In this document: piece by piece, positions 61,007-64,000 of the stretch
Layout: each line of letters opens with the position of its first letter
How positions within the stretch are numbered: the first letter of the stretch is position 1
NCBI GenBank assembly: GCA_040904565.1
Contig: JBBDTI010000083.1
Span: 1-64,000, forward strand
Length of the DNA: 64,000 bases
DNA from: Rhodothermales bacterium
Lineage (GTDB): Bacteria; Bacteroidota; Rhodothermia; Rhodothermales; VXPQ01
Direction: 5' to 3'
Made by a program: the position numbers and the translations under genes
The notes under the pieces: generated by a model
The model's input: only the letters and a program-made list of their open reading frames with translations
What the model was told of the DNA's origin: nothing
Database searches by the model: none

Positions 61007-62506
61007 ATGTCGTATTTTATCGGTATCGACGTTTCAACGACCGCCACCAAGGCGCTGTTGATCGACGAAGACGGCGCGGTCGTCGACACGGCCGCTACGG
61101 AATATTCCTTCGAAACACCCCACTCCTTGTGGAGTGAGCAGGATCCGGCACTCTGGTGGGACGGGGCGGTAGGGAGCATTCGCGCCGTCCTTTCCGAGTC
61201 AGGTATAGACGGCTCGAAGGTTTCCTGCATCGGCCTGACCGGCCAAATGCACGGTCTGGTACTACTCGACGAGAGAGGCCGGGTGCTTCGCCCGGCCATT
61301 CTCTGGAACGACCAGCGAACGGCCGCGGAATGTGATGAGATCAGGGACAGAGTGGGCCGTTCGACTCTGATAGACATCACCGGTAACGATGCCCTGACCG
61401 GTTTCACAGCCCCCAAGCTGCTGTGGGTCCGCAACCATGAACCCGACGTGTTCGCGCGCATCCGGCACGTCTTGCTTCCCAAAGATTACGTTCGCTACAG
61501 ACTTACTGCGACGGTGGCGACGGACAAGGCGGGGGCCGCGGGAACGCTCCTTGTAGACATCACGAAGCGAGACTGGTCTGAAGCGATTCTCTCGAAACTG
61601 GACCTCCCTCGCGACTGGTTCCCCCCCACCTTTGAGGGACCCGAGGTAACGGGAACCGTGTCGACCGCCGCCGCCGAGGCGACGGGTCTGCAGGCCGGTA
61701 CGCCGGTGGTTGCAGGAGGTGGCGACCAAAGTGCCCAGGCCGTCGGCGTCGGCGCCGTTACGGAAGGGGTCGCGGCCCTCACGCTGGGGACCTCGGGCGT
61801 CGTCTTTGCGTCGACCGGCGAGCCGTTCCTCGACCCGGAAGGACGACTTCACGCCTTCTGTCACGCCGTTCCCGGCACCTGGCACCTCATGGGCGTCATG
61901 CTGTCGGCGGCAGGCAGCCTTCGGTGGTACCGGGACACGCTCGCACCGGACGTCGAATACCAGGCGCTCCTCGAGCCCGCTGCCGGCGTCGCTCCAGGCT
62001 CAGAGGGACTCATCTTTCTGCCTTACCTCACCGGAGAGCGTACGCCGCACGCCGACCCGACGGCGCGTGGTGCCTTCGTCGGCCTCACCGTTCGCCATAC
62101 CCAACCGCACATGACGAGGGCCGTCCTGGAAGGCGTCGCCTTCGGTCTTAAGGATAGTTTCGAAATCATGCGGAGCGCCGGCGTGCGGTCTTTCGATCAG
62201 GTCCGCGTGTCGGGCGGCGGCGCACGGAGTCCCCTGTGGCGCAGCATTCTGGCCAACGTCCTCGAAACGAACCTCGTTACCGTCAACACCACGGAAGGGG
62301 CCGCATTCGGCGCCGCCCTGCTTGCAGCCGTAGGCGCCGGGCGCTGGCCCGACGTGCCGTCAGCCTGCCGTGAGGTCGTACGGATTACGGGCGAAACGCC
62401 CGTCGACCGTGCGGAGGCCGATCGCTATGCATCCGCCTATCGTCTCTATGGCGACCTTTACCCGGCGCTTCGCGAGACGTTCGCCGCGATGGCCGACCTG
62501 GAATAA
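61007..62506 (+). CDS. xylB: Xylulokinase (FGGY family)
   Basis: [42 protein letters not shown]. Confidence 0.93.
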   Translation: MSYFIGIDVSTTATKALLIDEDGAVVDTAATEYSFETPHSLWSEQDPALWWDGAVGSIRAVLSESGIDGSKVSCIGLTGQMHGLVLLDERGRVLRPAILWNDQRTAAECDEIRDRVGRSTLIDITGNDALTGFTAPKLLWVRNHEPDVFARIRHVLLPKDYVRYRLTATVATDKAGAAGTLLVDITKRDWSEAILSKLDLPRDWFPPTFEGPEVTGTVSTAAAEATGLQAGTPVVAGGGDQSAQAVGVGAVTEGVAALTLGTSGVVFASTGEPFLDPEGRLHAFCHAVPGTWHLMGVMLSAAGSLRWYRDTLAPDVEYQALLEPAAGVAPGSEGLIFLPYLTGERTPHADPTARGAFVGLTVRHTQPHMTRAVLEGVAFGLKDSFEIMRSAGVRSFDQVRVSGGGARSPLWRSILANVLETNLVTVNTTEGAAFGAALLAAVGAGRWPDVPSACREVVRITGETPVDRAEADRYASAYRLYGDLYPALRETFAAMADLE

Positions 62507-62673
62507 TCACGCGACGTTCGTGCGGGAGCGACCGATACGTCCTGCTCGACGGAACCGCTTCCGTCAGCCTCATGTTCGTGAGAGCGCTCCGATTGGGCGG
62601 CGTTGCAGCAGCCGCGTGGACGCCGCCCAATCGCAGCGTCATCCTATCGTATACAGTAGCAGCTCGTCTCACT

Positions 62674-64000
62674 ATGCCGCATCCCATCTCGCTCGAATCG
62701 CTTGGACTCCACGTGGATACCGTCTACCGCAACCGTGCACCGGCGGCACTCTACGAGGATGCCCTTCGGGAAGACTCGTCAGCCGCCATTGTAGATAGCG
62801 GCGCGCTGGCCATCGAGTCCGGCGAGAAGACCGGACGGAGCCCGGCCGATAAGCGCATGGTGGAACACCCCGACAGCGTGGACGACATCTGGTGGGGACG
62901 GATCAACATCCGGCTGGATCATCATACGTTTCTGGTCAACCGGGAACGGGCCATCGATTATTTGAACACGCTACAACGTTTGTACGTCGTAGACGGCTAT
63001 GCCGGATGGGATGAAGAGCACCGAATCAAGGTCCGCATCATATGCGGGCGCCCGTACCATGCCCTCTTCATGCACAATATGCTGGTTCGCGTGCCGCCCG
63101 ACCGGCTCGACGATTTCGGGGAGCCCGATTTTACGGTCGTCAATGCCGGGGCCTTCCCCTGCAACCGCTACACGTCCTACATGACGTCCAAGACCAGCGT
63201 CGACGTGAGCTTCGAAGACGGAGAGATGGTCATCCTCGGCACGGAATACGCCGGCGAGATGAAGAAGGGGGTCTTTACGGTCATGAATTACCTGATGCCG
63301 CGCAAGAACGTGCTGTCCATGCATTGCTCGGCCAACGAGGGGGAGGACGGGGACGTCACCCTGTTCTTCGGCCTGTCGGGCACGGGCAAGACGACGCTGT
63401 CCGCCGACCCTCGGCGCCGTCTGATCGGAGACGACGAACACTGCTGGAGCGGCGACGGCATCTTCAATATCGAAGGCGGATGTTATGCCAAAGCAATCGA
63501 TCTGTCCGCCGAAAAAGAGCCCGAGATATTCGATGCGATCCGGTACGGCACGGTGCTAGAGAACGTCGTGTACGATGGGGAGACGCGTGCCGTCGATTAT
63601 ACGGATACGAGCATTACCGTAAATACGCGGGCCTCCTACCCTATCGAATACATCGATAACGCAAAGATTCCCTGCAAAGGTGGACACCCCGGCAACATCA
63701 TCTTCCTGACGTACGACGCCTTCGGCGTTCTTCCCCCGGTCGCGCGGTTGACCCCCGAACAGGCCATGTACCACTTCGTGAGTGGATATACGGCAAAAGT
63801 AGCCGGGACCGAAGTGGGGATCGACGAGCCGGAAGCCACATTCTCAGCATGCTTCGGCGCGGCCTTCATGGTCTGGCATCCCGCCAAGTATGCAGCGCTT
63901 CTGGCCGAGAAGATGAGGGAGCACAGGAGCCAGGCCTGGCTCGTCAATACCGGCTTGACCGGAGGGAAGTATGGGGAGGGTCATCGCATCGACCTCGCCT
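62674..64000 (+). CDS. pckA: Phosphoenolpyruvate carboxykinase (ATP), runs off window end
   Basis: Own translation from ATG 62674: MPHPISL...TGRSPADKR...YAGEMKK...MHCSAN...[11 protein letters not shown]...IGDDEH; missing from the ORF track because it has no stop in the window. Confidence 0.96.
   Translation, partial: MPHPISLESLGLHVDTVYRNRAPAALYEDALREDSSAAIVDSGALAIESGEKTGRSPADKRMVEHPDSVDDIWWGRINIRLDHHTFLVNRERAIDYLNTLQRLYVVDGYAGWDEEHRIKVRIICGRPYHALFMHNMLVRVPPDRLDDFGEPDFTVVNAGAFPCNRYTSYMTSKTSVDVSFEDGEMVILGTEYAGEMKKGVFTVMNYLMPRKNVLSMHCSANEGEDGDVTLFFGLSGTGKTTLSADPRRRLIGDDEHCWSGDGIFNIEGGCYAKAIDLSAEKEPEIFDAIRYGTVLENVVYDGETRAVDYTDTSITVNTRASYPIEYIDNAKIPCKGGHPGNIIFLTYDAFGVLPPVARLTPEQAMYHFVSGYTAKVAGTEVGIDEPEATFSACFGAAFMVWHPAKYAALLAEKMREHRSQAWLVNTGLTGGKYGEGHRIDLA

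Overview
GC-rich bacterial chromosomal segment made mostly of core genes. Gene content (DUF4837, DUF4296, DUF4293, exbB-small ORF-exbD-exbD, a Tat/lipoprotein HiPIP) together with sigma70-like promoters suggests a Rhodothermota-like FCB-group organism; this is inference. In order: the 5' end of tuf with the Thr-Tyr-Gly-Thr tRNA cluster, dedA-ispF-ispD-queA, a lipoprotein plus TonB-dependent receptor, a BtuF-like binding protein, tkt, a VKOR-DsbA fusion, mscS, a complete trp operon containing trpS and a ferritin-like ORF, hisG, recQ, an icd/leuB-family dehydrogenase, exbBDD, an S41 protease, PolX-PHP, an acylase-like gene and a sugar kinase. A ~20 kb minus-strand run follows (PPTase, icmF, sulfotransferase, pabBC, DUF294/CBS, acs, a 7-gene sugar-catabolic-like cassette, DUF4212, actP), then HiPIP, xylB and the start of pckA. 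Highlights: (1) an unannotated, apparently leaderless 31-aa Trp-rich leader peptide with a complete terminator/antiterminator attenuator upstream of trpE; (2) an uncharacterised catabolic cassette between acs and actP; (3) three enzymes with altered catalytic motifs (PolX, penicillin-acylase-like, DUF294 nucleotidyltransferase). No mobile element, prophage or CRISPR array was seen. All family assignments come from motif recognition, not database searches.
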